Positions 29,043 to 38,577 of a DNA stretch of 64,000 nucleotides are shown here, one piece after another. Positions within the stretch are counted from its first letter, which is position 1, and each line of letters starts with the position of its first letter. The stretch lies in the NCBI GenBank assembly GCA_040755855.1, contig JBFMAD010000004.1, positions 189,616-253,615 of the forward strand, in the 5' to 3' direction. Under the pieces are notes generated by a model. It ran no database searches. It was not told the DNA's origin and saw only the letters and a program-made list of their open reading frames with translations. The translations under genes were made by a program, and so were the position numbers. Origin of the DNA: Planctomycetota bacterium (GTDB taxonomy: Bacteria > Planctomycetota > Brocadiia > JAADGH01).

Positions 29043-30695
29043 ATGATTGAACATCCAACAACACTTCGCGCCGCCGGTATTTGCCTTCTGTTTTGTATCC
29101 TCGGTCTCCTTTGCCGCGATCTTTCCGCCGATGTGGTGTACCTCAAGGACGGGTCCAAGAAGGAAGGCAAGATTTTGGAGCGGAGCGACAAAGAGATCAT
29201 CCTCGAAATTCAGGTGAAGGGCCTCAAGGCCTCTGTGCGCATTCCCATGGACAAGGTGGCAAGCATCGAGCAAAAGAGAAGCCCCGTCGAGGAGTACGCC
29301 GAAATGGCCGCCTCCCTCAGCCCGGACGACGCGGAGGGGTTCTACAAGTTGGGGATGTGGTGCGAGGAGAAAAAGATCACGGATAAGGCCGAAGAATGCT
29401 TCCGCAAAGCAATCGAAATCTCCCCGACCTTCGAGGACGCAGGCATCAAGCTCGGACTGGTGCGCGTGGACCGCAAGTGGCATACGGTGGACGAGATCCG
29501 ATCCATGGCCGGAGCGCAGTTCAGGGCAAAAAAATACGAGGCGGCGGCGAAGCTGCTGGAGCACCTCCGACCCCTTCCCGCAACGCGAATGGACAGCATC
29601 ACAAAAAGAAGGGTGCTTATGGATCTCGCCCCCTGCTACGAGGGCATGGGCAACTGGCAGCAGGCCATTGACATCTATGACGAAGTCGTGAAGTGCGCCA
29701 GCCAGAAGGCGGATATCGCCTTGGCGCGAGTCCGACAAGGCATCCTCGCCGGCAACCCCGACGGCACGTTCGACTGCCCGGCGGACTTGAGCCTGTTCAA
29801 GTCCGTTAAAGACCAGCGGGCCGCGAACCTCCTCGGCAAACAATCCCTTACACGTCCCGAAGTCATGGACTTCGCCGTCCGCGCAGAGGCCAACAAAATC
29901 ATCCAGGAAATCAAGGAAGGGATGGCCAAGGCGGCGGAGCAGAGCCGCTTCAACCCCGAGGAGGCCAATGTCTTCTACGCCCAGCTCACCGCCCTCGCCT
30001 GCCAAGCCGACTACCTCGTCCCCGACATCTCCAAGCCGGTCCGGCTTCAGATCGCACTTACCCGAGACAAGCTGCTGGATATCGTCGCCGCCAAGTATAT
30101 GAAGGAAATCCAGGCCGACCCCGGCTACAATAAGGCGCAGGAGTACCCCGGAAAGTTGGAGCAGGCCCAGGCCTACATCCGAAAGATTGACGAGCTGACC
30201 GCCCTCTACCAGGAGAAGATTGACATGCTCCGCCCCTTCTCCGAACAGGCATCGAAGCCGGTGGATGCGGCCCTCAAAGAACTCGAAAAGGCTGAAGACC
30301 TGAAACGGAAGGCGACAGAGGCCGTCGGCCAGCTCATGGATTACGAGGAAATCGAGCGCCTGGAGGAGACAATCGCCGCCAACTACGCCAAGGCAAAGGC
30401 CATTGATCCCTGCAGCCGCGACTTCAAATACGGCTACGACGCCTTCAAGAGCGCCGATGGACTCTACCACTTTGTGGACGACGGGAAGGAGTGGCGCAAG
30501 CGAAGCGAATCGTGTATCCGATACTGCGAGAAGGCCCTCGACGCGAGCAAGAAAAAGCTGGAGTTGTGCCGCAAATATCCCACCCAATATCGCGCCCAGA
30601 TCAGCCAGTGTAAGGCCGATATGATTCGGATTTACGAACTCATGATGCGCACCATCGCCAATCGCGATTGCAAGGGCGATGACAGCAGACATTGA
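29043..30695 (+). CDS. Secreted TPR-repeat protein
   Basis: Signal peptide then ADVVYLKDG..EGKI module; helical TPR-like repeats (FYKLGMWC..AEECFRKAIEISP). Confidence 0.7.
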   Translation: MIEHPTTLRAAGICLLFCILGLLCRDLSADVVYLKDGSKKEGKILERSDKEIILEIQVKGLKASVRIPMDKVASIEQKRSPVEEYAEMAASLSPDDAEGFYKLGMWCEEKKITDKAEECFRKAIEISPTFEDAGIKLGLVRVDRKWHTVDEIRSMAGAQFRAKKYEAAAKLLEHLRPLPATRMDSITKRRVLMDLAPCYEGMGNWQQAIDIYDEVVKCASQKADIALARVRQGILAGNPDGTFDCPADLSLFKSVKDQRAANLLGKQSLTRPEVMDFAVRAEANKIIQEIKEGMAKAAEQSRFNPEEANVFYAQLTALACQADYLVPDISKPVRLQIALTRDKLLDIVAAKYMKEIQADPGYNKAQEYPGKLEQAQAYIRKIDELTALYQEKIDMLRPFSEQASKPVDAALKELEKAEDLKRKATEAVGQLMDYEEIERLEETIAANYAKAKAIDPCSRDFKYGYDAFKSADGLYHFVDDGKEWRKRSESCIRYCEKALDASKKKLELCRKYPTQYRAQISQCKADMIRIYELMMRTIANRDCKGDDSRH

Positions 30696-30767
30696 TTGTA
30701 CATGCCTTTCCTGGATACCATTCCCCCGTCGCCTTCTCCTGTTGTTATCGCATAGAAAGGAAATCCA

Positions 30768-31955
30768 TTGCCCGGCCCCTTATCCGGCATCCGAGTCCTC
30801 GACCTGACCCGCGTCCTCGCGGGACCATACGCCACCATGGTCCTCGCCGACCTCGGCGCGGAAGTCATCAAGATTGAAATGCCCGGCCGCGGCGACGACT
30901 CGCGCGGCGTCGGCCCCTTCTATAAAGGCGAAAGCGCCTACTTTATGAGCGTCAACCGCGGCAAGAAAAGCGTGACTGTCAACGCCAAGACCCCCAAAGG
31001 CGTCGAAATCATCCGCAAACTCGCGGCCATCTCCGACATCATGATCGAAAACTTCCGCCCGGGAACCATCACCAATTACGGCCTGGACTACGAAAGCGTC
31101 AAGCAGGTCAACCCCCGGATCATCTATGCCTCCATCTCCGGCTTCGGGCAGACCGGCCCCTACACCGGCCGGCCCGCCTACGACGCCATCGTCCAGGGCA
31201 TGAGCGGCATCGCCGCCATCACTGGCGCGCCCGGCCAGCCGCCGGTGCGGGTCGGGTCGTCCATGGCCGATCTCTCGGCCGCGCTCTTCTGCGTCATCGG
31301 CATCCTCAGCGCCCTCTGCGCGCGGCATCGAACCGGACGCGGGCAGTACATTGACCTCGCTATGCTGGATTCAATGGTCGCGCTCCTGGAGAATGCTATC
31401 GTCCGGTACATCGTCGAAGGCGACGTCCCCTCCGCCATGGGATCGCGGCATCCCTCCTTCACTCCCTTTCAGTTCTTCAAGGCCAAGGACCGATACCTCT
31501 CCCTGGCCGTCGGCAACGAGTCGCTCTGGGAGCGATTCTGCCAGGCCATCCAACGGCCCGACCTTCTCGACGAGGCGCGGTTCAAAACCAATGCGCTGCG
31601 CACAGAAAGTCACGCGGCGCTCGAACCGATCCTCACGGAAGTCTTCGCCCGCAAAACCGCCGACGAGTGGGTGAGTATTTTCGAAAAGGCGGGGATCCCA
31701 TCCGGCCCTATCAACACCGTGGCCGATGTCGTCAATGACCCTCACGTCAACGAACGAGGGATGATCGTAGAGATGGTCCACAAGACCGTGGGAAAGCTCA
31801 AGGTGGCCGGCTCGCCCATCAACCTGTCCGAGGACAGGATCGAGCCGCATCAGGCCGCCCCGCTTTTGGGCGAACACACGGAGGAGGTCCTCTCCGGCCT
31901 GCTCGGCATGAGAGGCGAGGAGATCGCCCGGCTGCGGGAAGCTGACGTGATTTGA
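30768..31955 (+). CDS. Class III CoA-transferase (CaiB/BaiF)
   Basis: PLSGIRVLDLTRVLAGPY, LGAEVIKIE, NRGKKS, ENFRPG, PAYD, APLLGEHT. Confidence 0.93.
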   Translation: MPGPLSGIRVLDLTRVLAGPYATMVLADLGAEVIKIEMPGRGDDSRGVGPFYKGESAYFMSVNRGKKSVTVNAKTPKGVEIIRKLAAISDIMIENFRPGTITNYGLDYESVKQVNPRIIYASISGFGQTGPYTGRPAYDAIVQGMSGIAAITGAPGQPPVRVGSSMADLSAALFCVIGILSALCARHRTGRGQYIDLAMLDSMVALLENAIVRYIVEGDVPSAMGSRHPSFTPFQFFKAKDRYLSLAVGNESLWERFCQAIQRPDLLDEARFKTNALRTESHAALEPILTEVFARKTADEWVSIFEKAGIPSGPINTVADVVNDPHVNERGMIVEMVHKTVGKLKVAGSPINLSEDRIEPHQAAPLLGEHTEEVLSGLLGMRGEEIARLREADVI

Positions 31956-31975
31956 TGGGAAGGAAAGCAGACGCC

Positions 31976-34339
31976 ATGGCAAAAATCCTGATTCTCACAA
32001 CAATCCTGATGGTTTTGACCACCCTCACAAGCCGCACAAGCGCCGACCCGTCGCTGTTCTTCTCAAAGGACGACCTGCCGATGCTCCGCGAACGCGTGAA
32101 ACAGCCGCCGCACACACGCACCTGGGAGGCGATCCTGAAACACGCCGAAGCGATGTGCACGCCCGGCGCGCCCGGCTACGCCGATCCGGAGAAGATTGAT
32201 GAGGGGCGCGACGTGCGCATCCAAGTCCTGGCCCATACCTTTGGGCGGCGCTTGACCGTCTGGGTCGAAACGTTGGGGTTCGCCTACCAGATCACCGGTG
32301 AGGAGCGCTTCGGCAAACACGGGGCGCGCATCCTTGTCACCGCGGCGAAGAAGCTGCCTGTTACCGACGAACGAGTGGCGAAAGGATTCGCAGGAGCACG
32401 GGGCGACCTCATGCGCGGCTTCGCCGTCGGCCTCGACTGGCTGGGCGAGGCCCCGACGCCGGAGGAGCGGCGCACGGTAGAGCAGGTCGCCGCCGACTAC
32501 GTGCAGAACATCCTTACCGAGGCGGGCAGGGAGAAGACCTGGTGGATTCCCTATCACAACTTCATGGGCGTGGCGCTTGGCGCGGGCGGGATGCTCGCCA
32601 TGAAGTTGAAGGACAGCTATCCGGGGCAGTCGCCCCAATGGGTCGCCAAGTGCGCCGACGGCGTGGCGCTCTGGCTCGACAAGGGCTTCGACGAGCAGGG
32701 GGCGTATTACGAGGGCGTCGGCTACGCCGGCTACGGTCTGAGCAATGCGGTGCGCTTCGCCGACGCGCTTCTTCGCAACGGCGGGCCGAACCTGTTCGAG
32801 AAATCGCGTCTGCGCCATGTCCCCGTCTTCTACGCCCAGTCCCTCCTCCCCGGCCAGCCGATCTTCGATGCCCGCAACGACTCGAATTATGTGGGCCTTG
32901 CCGACCCGGTCATGCTGCGCCTGGCCTCGGCGCTGCCCAGCGGCCTGGCCAAGTGGCTCTGGGAGTATTGCGGGTCGGGCGATTCGCCCATGCAGATCGT
33001 CTGGGCGAACGACGTGCGCCCCACGTCGCCGAAGGAGGCCGGCCTGCCCCTGGCGCAGCACTTCATCGGACGCGGCCTGTGCGTCTTTCGCACCGGATGG
33101 GACGCGGGCGACGTAATGTTCTCCGTTGAGGCCGGGCCATACTACAAAGTCACGCACAATCAGGCGGACAAGGGCCATTTTGCACTCTACGGCCACGGCT
33201 GCGCGTGGGCCATTGACTCGGGCTATGGGAATACCCTGGAACCCGAAGGGCGGGCGCAGATGGTCGCCCACAACTGTATCCTTATAGACGGCAAGGGCCA
33301 GACGCTCTCCGGCTGCGGCCTCGGCACGGATGGAAACATTCTTATTTGCGAAAATAACGACCGCAGCGGCTACGTCCTGGCCGATTGCACGGACGCCTAC
33401 AACAAAAACTCGAAAGGCACGCCCGGCGTCGGCGTCCAGCGCGCCCTGCGGCACACGCTGTTTGTGCGACCAAAGGGTGGCGCGCCCGCTTACGCTGTGG
33501 TCCTGGACGATATTCGCAAAGATGAAACGCCTCACGACTACACATGGTTCCTCCATGCGCACGAACAGATGCATGTCTTGCTCCAGCCCGACGGCGCATG
33601 GATCAAACCCCTCTTCACCTCCGGCGGCGCGCTGGTGGAGACGCCTACCGACGCCCAAGGCCAAGGAGAGTGCGCATGGACGTTCGACGTGAAGGAGCCG
33701 GGACGATACGTCGTCTGGGGGCGCATCCGCAGCGTCGGGCCGGAACTGAGCAGGTCGGACTCCTTCTTCGCGCAAATGGACAATAGGAAGCCTCTCGCGT
33801 GGCATACGGGCGCAAGGCGCGAGTGGGCGTGGCGAGCGGTTGCAGCGCACAACGCCGGCGAACCGGCAGGCTTTGAACTGGCCGCAGGGGCGCACACGTT
33901 CCGCCTGAAAAGCCGCGAGCCGGGATCGCAGGTGGATCGTATCGTGGTGACGCTCGACCTCTCCGCGCAGCCGCCATTTCCGGGCGGAGTTAAGGGGTTT
34001 GTGTTTGAGGCGGAGGACGGCAAGGCGACGCCCCCCATGCACGTCGTCCGCGAGCCGGAGAAGAAAACGGCCCCCCGAATGAAGCTGGTCCTCCACGCCG
34101 CCGCGCCGGCGGCGCTGTCCGTGGATGCCTACGACGGCCACCCGCGCCTGAAGGCGGTCGTGCGGGCGGTTCAGCCGAACTTCGCGGCAGTGCTGTTGCC
34201 CCTGCCGCCGGAGGTCTCGGAGCCGGATGTGCAGTTTGAGGATACGGTCGCCGCACTGCGGATTCACATCCGATGGGAGAAAGCGACGGATATCATCGAG
34301 TGGCCCAAGAGCGGCGACCGCAAACCGAGATTATTGTAG
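31976..34339 (+). CDS. Secreted heparinase II/III-type polysaccharide lyase with inserted CBM-like module
   Basis: Signal peptide; alpha-toroid motifs (HNFM, YYEGVGY), FRTGW, HNQADKGHF, AHNCILIDG. Confidence 0.75.
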   Translation: MAKILILTTILMVLTTLTSRTSADPSLFFSKDDLPMLRERVKQPPHTRTWEAILKHAEAMCTPGAPGYADPEKIDEGRDVRIQVLAHTFGRRLTVWVETLGFAYQITGEERFGKHGARILVTAAKKLPVTDERVAKGFAGARGDLMRGFAVGLDWLGEAPTPEERRTVEQVAADYVQNILTEAGREKTWWIPYHNFMGVALGAGGMLAMKLKDSYPGQSPQWVAKCADGVALWLDKGFDEQGAYYEGVGYAGYGLSNAVRFADALLRNGGPNLFEKSRLRHVPVFYAQSLLPGQPIFDARNDSNYVGLADPVMLRLASALPSGLAKWLWEYCGSGDSPMQIVWANDVRPTSPKEAGLPLAQHFIGRGLCVFRTGWDAGDVMFSVEAGPYYKVTHNQADKGHFALYGHGCAWAIDSGYGNTLEPEGRAQMVAHNCILIDGKGQTLSGCGLGTDGNILICENNDRSGYVLADCTDAYNKNSKGTPGVGVQRALRHTLFVRPKGGAPAYAVVLDDIRKDETPHDYTWFLHAHEQMHVLLQPDGAWIKPLFTSGGALVETPTDAQGQGECAWTFDVKEPGRYVVWGRIRSVGPELSRSDSFFAQMDNRKPLAWHTGARREWAWRAVAAHNAGEPAGFELAAGAHTFRLKSREPGSQVDRIVVTLDLSAQPPFPGGVKGFVFEAEDGKATPPMHVVREPEKKTAPRMKLVLHAAAPAALSVDAYDGHPRLKAVVRAVQPNFAAVLLPLPPEVSEPDVQFEDTVAALRIHIRWEKATDIIEWPKSGDRKPRLL

Positions 34340-34351
34340 AAGGGGACATTC

Positions 34352-35215
34352 GTGTCTCACCCAGTTTCTGTTGTGGACAAGAAAAAACGATCCCGACGCG
34401 CCTTTTTGAAATGGGCCGGGCTGACCACCGCCGCGACCGCCCCCGTGGCGCTCTATCCGACGCTGGTCGAGCCGTCATGGATCGAGGTCAGAAAAATCAA
34501 CGTTCCGATTCCCAATCTGCCGGCCGCGTTTGACGGGATCGCCATCGCACAGTTGTCCGACCTGCACCATAGCCCCGCAACGCCCCTCCGTTTCATCCAA
34601 AACGCCATTGACATCACCCGCTCGCTCAAGCCGGACCTCATCGCCCTCACCGGAGACTATGTGAGCTGGGGTGACTTCGATCGCTTCCCCCCGGTACTCG
34701 ATGCGCTCAAAAAACTCCAGCCCCCCCTTGGCGGATTCGCCGTCCGCGGCAATCATGATCCGCCGACTGTGGACGACGCCGTTGACGAGGGCCTCTCGCA
34801 AAACGGAATCCGTTCCCTCCGAAACGAGATCGTGACGATCACGAAGAATGGAAGCGCCATTGACGTCGCCGGGGTATGCGACCGCCACGCCTTCGCCGCC
34901 TGGCAGGCGCCCAACCTGTCCGACGACCGGCCCATGCTCGCCCTCTGCCACAACCCGGATGTGGCCGATGCATTGAAAGGTACGCCCGTTGATCTGGCGT
35001 TGGCCGGCCACACCCACGGCGGCCAGGTGAACCTGCCGTTCATCGGACCGCCGGTCCTTCCCCTCATCCACAAGGAACTTGTCGCAGGGATGTATCGCAT
35101 CGGGAAGTTGAGGCTCTATGTCAACCGGGGCATCGGGTGTCTGTCCTTTCGGGTGCGGTTCCGGTCGCGCCCGGAGATCACGCTCTTCACACTCAGGCGA
35201 GGCGAGAATGGCTGA
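34352..35215 (+). CDS. Tat-exported metallophosphoesterase (YkuE-like)
   Basis: SRRAFLK, SDLH, TGDY, GNHD, GHTHGGQ, RPEI. Confidence 0.9.
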   Translation: MSHPVSVVDKKKRSRRAFLKWAGLTTAATAPVALYPTLVEPSWIEVRKINVPIPNLPAAFDGIAIAQLSDLHHSPATPLRFIQNAIDITRSLKPDLIALTGDYVSWGDFDRFPPVLDALKKLQPPLGGFAVRGNHDPPTVDDAVDEGLSQNGIRSLRNEIVTITKNGSAIDVAGVCDRHAFAAWQAPNLSDDRPMLALCHNPDVADALKGTPVDLALAGHTHGGQVNLPFIGPPVLPLIHKELVAGMYRIGKLRLYVNRGIGCLSFRVRFRSRPEITLFTLRRGENG

Positions 35216-35963
35216 GCGATTCGAATACCGATACGGCGATGAGGTTTTCGCAAAGGTGATTACTACGGAGGGGGTTCGCTTCTTCAAGAACGACCGCGAG
35301 CTCACGCTCGACGAATGGAACCGCGAGATCAACCGCCATCAGCCGATGTCCGTCAAGGAAACCCACCCGAACCCCATCATCCGCCTGATCGAACGGCTCC
35401 GCCGACTGACCCTCCTGGCCCTCGCCCGGCCCCGGCAGGATGACGTGGTCGCCGACATCGGATGCGAGAGCGGCTTCATCGCCCAGGCGTTTCTGGGCCG
35501 ATGCAAGCAACTCTACCTCATTGATATTGATTCGGATCTGCTTGCCAAGGCCCAGGATCGGCTGGGCAGTTTGTCGCAAGCCCATTTTGTTCAATCGGAT
35601 GCGACGCGCATAGACCTGCCCGACGGCGCGGCCGATGTGACGATCCTGTCGGAGATACTCGAGCACATGCCGGACGAACGGGCCGCCCTCTGCGAGGCAT
35701 GCCGGATCACCAAGGCCGGAGGGCGCATCATCGTCAGCGTCCCCAACGACCGCCTGATTATTTCGCTAAAGCGAATAGTTGGCCGCGTCCTCCGCAGGCG
35801 CTTCCTCGGAGGCCTGTCCGACGGCCTCGCCATCGGCCATCTGCGCCTCTACACGAAGGACTCACTCCGCCGCCTCTGCTCCGAGTTCGGCAGGGTCCAA
35901 GCCGCCTACCACGCTCCCCCGTTCGGATTGAACATCCACCTATCCTTTACGCCCAAGAGATAG
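35208..35963 (+). CDS. Class I SAM-dependent methyltransferase
   Basis: VADIGCESG, SEILEHMP, IIVSVPN, HLRLY. Confidence 0.8.
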   Translation: MAERFEYRYGDEVFAKVITTEGVRFFKNDRELTLDEWNREINRHQPMSVKETHPNPIIRLIERLRRLTLLALARPRQDDVVADIGCESGFIAQAFLGRCKQLYLIDIDSDLLAKAQDRLGSLSQAHFVQSDATRIDLPDGAADVTILSEILEHMPDERAALCEACRITKAGGRIIVSVPNDRLIISLKRIVGRVLRRRFLGGLSDGLAIGHLRLYTKDSLRRLCSEFGRVQAAYHAPPFGLNIHLSFTPKR

Positions 35964-35979
35964 CTTCGATGTGCAATCA

Positions 35980-37452
35980 TCACAGCCGGCGGATGACCTC
36001 GCCTGCCGTCTTCTCAAAGATCTGCTGCCATTCCGGGGCCAGGAAGCACTCGGTCACCTCATACCCGCCCCGCTCGTAGTCGCCCGCCGGGGGACCGTAG
36101 TGGACGTAACCGTTCGAGAACGCCGCCACAAACGTGTATTCGAAGGGTGAGGCGCGCTTGACGTTCAGGCCGACCTCGGTGAGCACCTCCGCCGGGGAGG
36201 TAACCAGCACAAAGTCCCCGATCCGGATGCCCTGCACCTCGGTTCGCACTGTCTCCTCGCCGGAGTCGCGGTTGATCGCCTGGTGCCGTTTGTGGGTGGC
36301 GATCTTGTCCTGGATCCTTGCCAGCTTTTCCATAGCGTAGATGTTGCTCAGGTATTTCTCGATGTTCTTCCGGTTCTCGGCGTCCAGCGCGGCGAGATCG
36401 TCCGCGCCGATCTGCTCGGCGTGCATATACCGGTAGGAATAGTCCGACGGATACTGCGGGTTGAGGGCGTACTTGATGTAGAGAGGCAGGAACGTCCTGA
36501 TGTTCAGACTGGTGGACCGCAGGGACTTGAGCAGTGCGGCCTGTTCCTGCTCCAGCTCTTCGATGCGCGCGGGGATGTCGGTCCTTCTGGGAAGCTCGAC
36601 GGTCTCCGAGGCGACGCTCAGGTCTGCATCCTTGGTCTGGATGTCTCTCAGCGCCTTCAAGGTACTCAGGCCCAGCATCGCGCCGACCGGCTCGGCGTCG
36701 CGCGGTCGGGTGACGTCCTTGTAGAGCACCTCGGTCACGTCCCCTCCCGCTCCCTGCAGGAACAACGCCAATGCGCCATGGCCCAGGTTCTCCTCGATGA
36801 GGGCGGAGGCAAAGCCGGGAAAATTGGCGGTGACCTTTCCGTGCGGGACGCCGAGCAGAGGATGGCAGGCGAAATTGTAGATCACCGCCAGCGGCCGACC
36901 GTCCAGCCGGTCGATTCTGAGTATGCCGATCGCGGGGTCAACCGGCCCGAGACCCTCGACATCCTCGTCCCGCGGGCAGGGATTGGCCTGGCGAATCGTC
37001 CAGGACTTGCCGTTCTTGAGCCGGAGAGTCCGGTTGACCATGATCCGGTCCTCACGGCCGCGACCGCAACCCACCTTCACCGCCGTCATGCTCTCTTGCG
37101 CCCGGCGGACCGCATCGAACGTTCGCTCAATCTGCTCGGCATCGTCGCACAGCAGCCGCCCGGACGGATGGGTGTGAGAGGCATTGACCAGGACGTTGCC
37201 GCCGGGGATTCCCAGCTCCCGCTCAAGGCGGTCGCGCAGTTGCGGCAGGAAGTCATCCTTTATGTCGCCGATGCCGCCGATCGCCACAGCATCCATCGCA
37301 ATAATGGCGACCTTCGTCTTGCCGTCGTCCAGGACCAGGGCCTTTGCATACAGCGGATCGTTAACCACCACCCCTTCCGCATCGGTGGTGATATCGCTCT
37401 TGGCCGCGCCGGCGCGCAGAGAGCCGGCCGCCGAGGACTGATCTCTCTTCAC
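35980..37452 (-). CDS. Neutral/alkaline ceramidase-like hydrolase
   Basis: LRAGAAKSDIT, DPLYAKALVL, ASHTH, NFACHP, QGAGGDV, PAEVLTEVG, GGYE. Confidence 0.75.
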   Translation of the reverse strand: MKRDQSSAAGSLRAGAAKSDITTDAEGVVVNDPLYAKALVLDDGKTKVAIIAMDAVAIGGIGDIKDDFLPQLRDRLERELGIPGGNVLVNASHTHPSGRLLCDDAEQIERTFDAVRRAQESMTAVKVGCGRGREDRIMVNRTLRLKNGKSWTIRQANPCPRDEDVEGLGPVDPAIGILRIDRLDGRPLAVIYNFACHPLLGVPHGKVTANFPGFASALIEENLGHGALALFLQGAGGDVTEVLYKDVTRPRDAEPVGAMLGLSTLKALRDIQTKDADLSVASETVELPRRTDIPARIEELEQEQAALLKSLRSTSLNIRTFLPLYIKYALNPQYPSDYSYRYMHAEQIGADDLAALDAENRKNIEKYLSNIYAMEKLARIQDKIATHKRHQAINRDSGEETVRTEVQGIRIGDFVLVTSPAEVLTEVGLNVKRASPFEYTFVAAFSNGYVHYGPPAGDYERGGYEVTECFLAPEWQQIFEKTAGEVIRRL

Positions 37453-37464
37453 ACCGTTCTCCTT

Positions 37465-37554
37465 TCACTCCAAACCGAACAACTTCACGGCATTTTCTCT
37501 CGCCACCTTCTGGAAGACCTCCTCGCTGATCTTATTCGTGTCGCGCCATTCGAG
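37465..37554 (-). pseudogene. Orphan 3' end of an amidohydrolase gene (diverged duplicate of 38644..38729)
   Basis: Translates LEWRDTNKISEEVFQKVARENAVKLFGLE*; 76/86 nt identical to 38644..38729 by manual alignment. Confidence 0.85.
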
Positions 37555-37608
37555 CTAAGAAGACTCCTCGGTGACGGCGGATGACCGCTGATGAGGCTGA
37601 TTCAGCGG

Positions 37609-38577
37609 TTACTCTATTCTCTCCCATGTCAGCACAAGCACTTTGGGGTTCAGGTCGCCGACGGTGCGAAGAGGTGGCGCACTGATGATGAGTCTATTGC
37701 TCTCGATACGTGTAAACCTTATTTGATCTTGCCCAATCCAGGCTGGGTCAGTGGCGACTTCGACATGATGGACGACCCCGTCCTTGGTCAGGGTATACGT
37801 TCCCGCGTACCCGAAGGAGTTGCGAAACAGTTTTGCCTGCTCCTCAATTGACGATTGACTGCCGGTAGGGGCTGCGATCTTCCGGTCAGCGGCCGCGAGA
37901 AGCGCACTCATTCTTCCCCCTGGCGTATAAGACAAAAAGCCGATCGGATCTTTGCCCCAAAGGTCTGTTTCCTTTCCGGTGGATTCATCCTCATACGTCA
38001 TGGAACGAAGCTTCCATGTTCCAACGATCTGGTTGTTTGACAAAGCAGGGGTTGGCGTGCCAGCCTTGCCGGTCTTGTCCTTGGGCTTTTTGAAATACTG
38101 CACTTCCCCAGACAGCAGAACCCTTCCCTGCTCGGCGGTATGTGTATGGATAAAGACCCATTTCTTCTCAATGCCCATTTGTCTCGCCAGAGAAGAGGCG
38201 ACACTATGCATGACCTTGGCTACTATATCGTCAGTCAAAAAGCCAGGCACGTACAAATCCACGAAGATCGGGTGATCGTCCACCTTCTCGCCCATGCAGT
38301 TGATTTCATCGAAAACCTGCCAATAGCAGGTAAGCAAAGACCGGTCCAGACCGGTGTCACGGGAGATGTCTTTGCTAAGCTCGTCCAGTACCTTGGCCTT
38401 GTCCACCTTAATGGCTGGAGGCGCGGTAATCCTGACCATGGGATCGCCGTGCAAAAAGCCGTCCGAAGCCCTAGCCTGGCAGGGCTGCAAGATGACGGGC
38501 ATCACCAGAAATACAATTGTCGGAAACAGCAAGATCCCTCCCATTATCCCGCTTCGTCGGCAATCCAGTTTACTCAT
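37609..38577 (-). CDS. Secreted tautomerase-like / lipocalin-like (Lipocalin_5) two-domain protein
   Basis: Hydrophobic N-terminus; PMVRITAP...KKWVFIH tautomerase-like part; IVGTWKLRS..PIGFLSYTPGGRMS..YAGTY..LTWERIE lipocalin-like part; AT-richer than flanks. Confidence 0.65.
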   Translation of the reverse strand: MSKLDCRRSGIMGGILLFPTIVFLVMPVILQPCQARASDGFLHGDPMVRITAPPAIKVDKAKVLDELSKDISRDTGLDRSLLTCYWQVFDEINCMGEKVDDHPIFVDLYVPGFLTDDIVAKVMHSVASSLARQMGIEKKWVFIHTHTAEQGRVLLSGEVQYFKKPKDKTGKAGTPTPALSNNQIVGTWKLRSMTYEDESTGKETDLWGKDPIGFLSYTPGGRMSALLAAADRKIAAPTGSQSSIEEQAKLFRNSFGYAGTYTLTKDGVVHHVEVATDPAWIGQDQIRFTRIESNRLIISAPPLRTVGDLNPKVLVLTWERIE

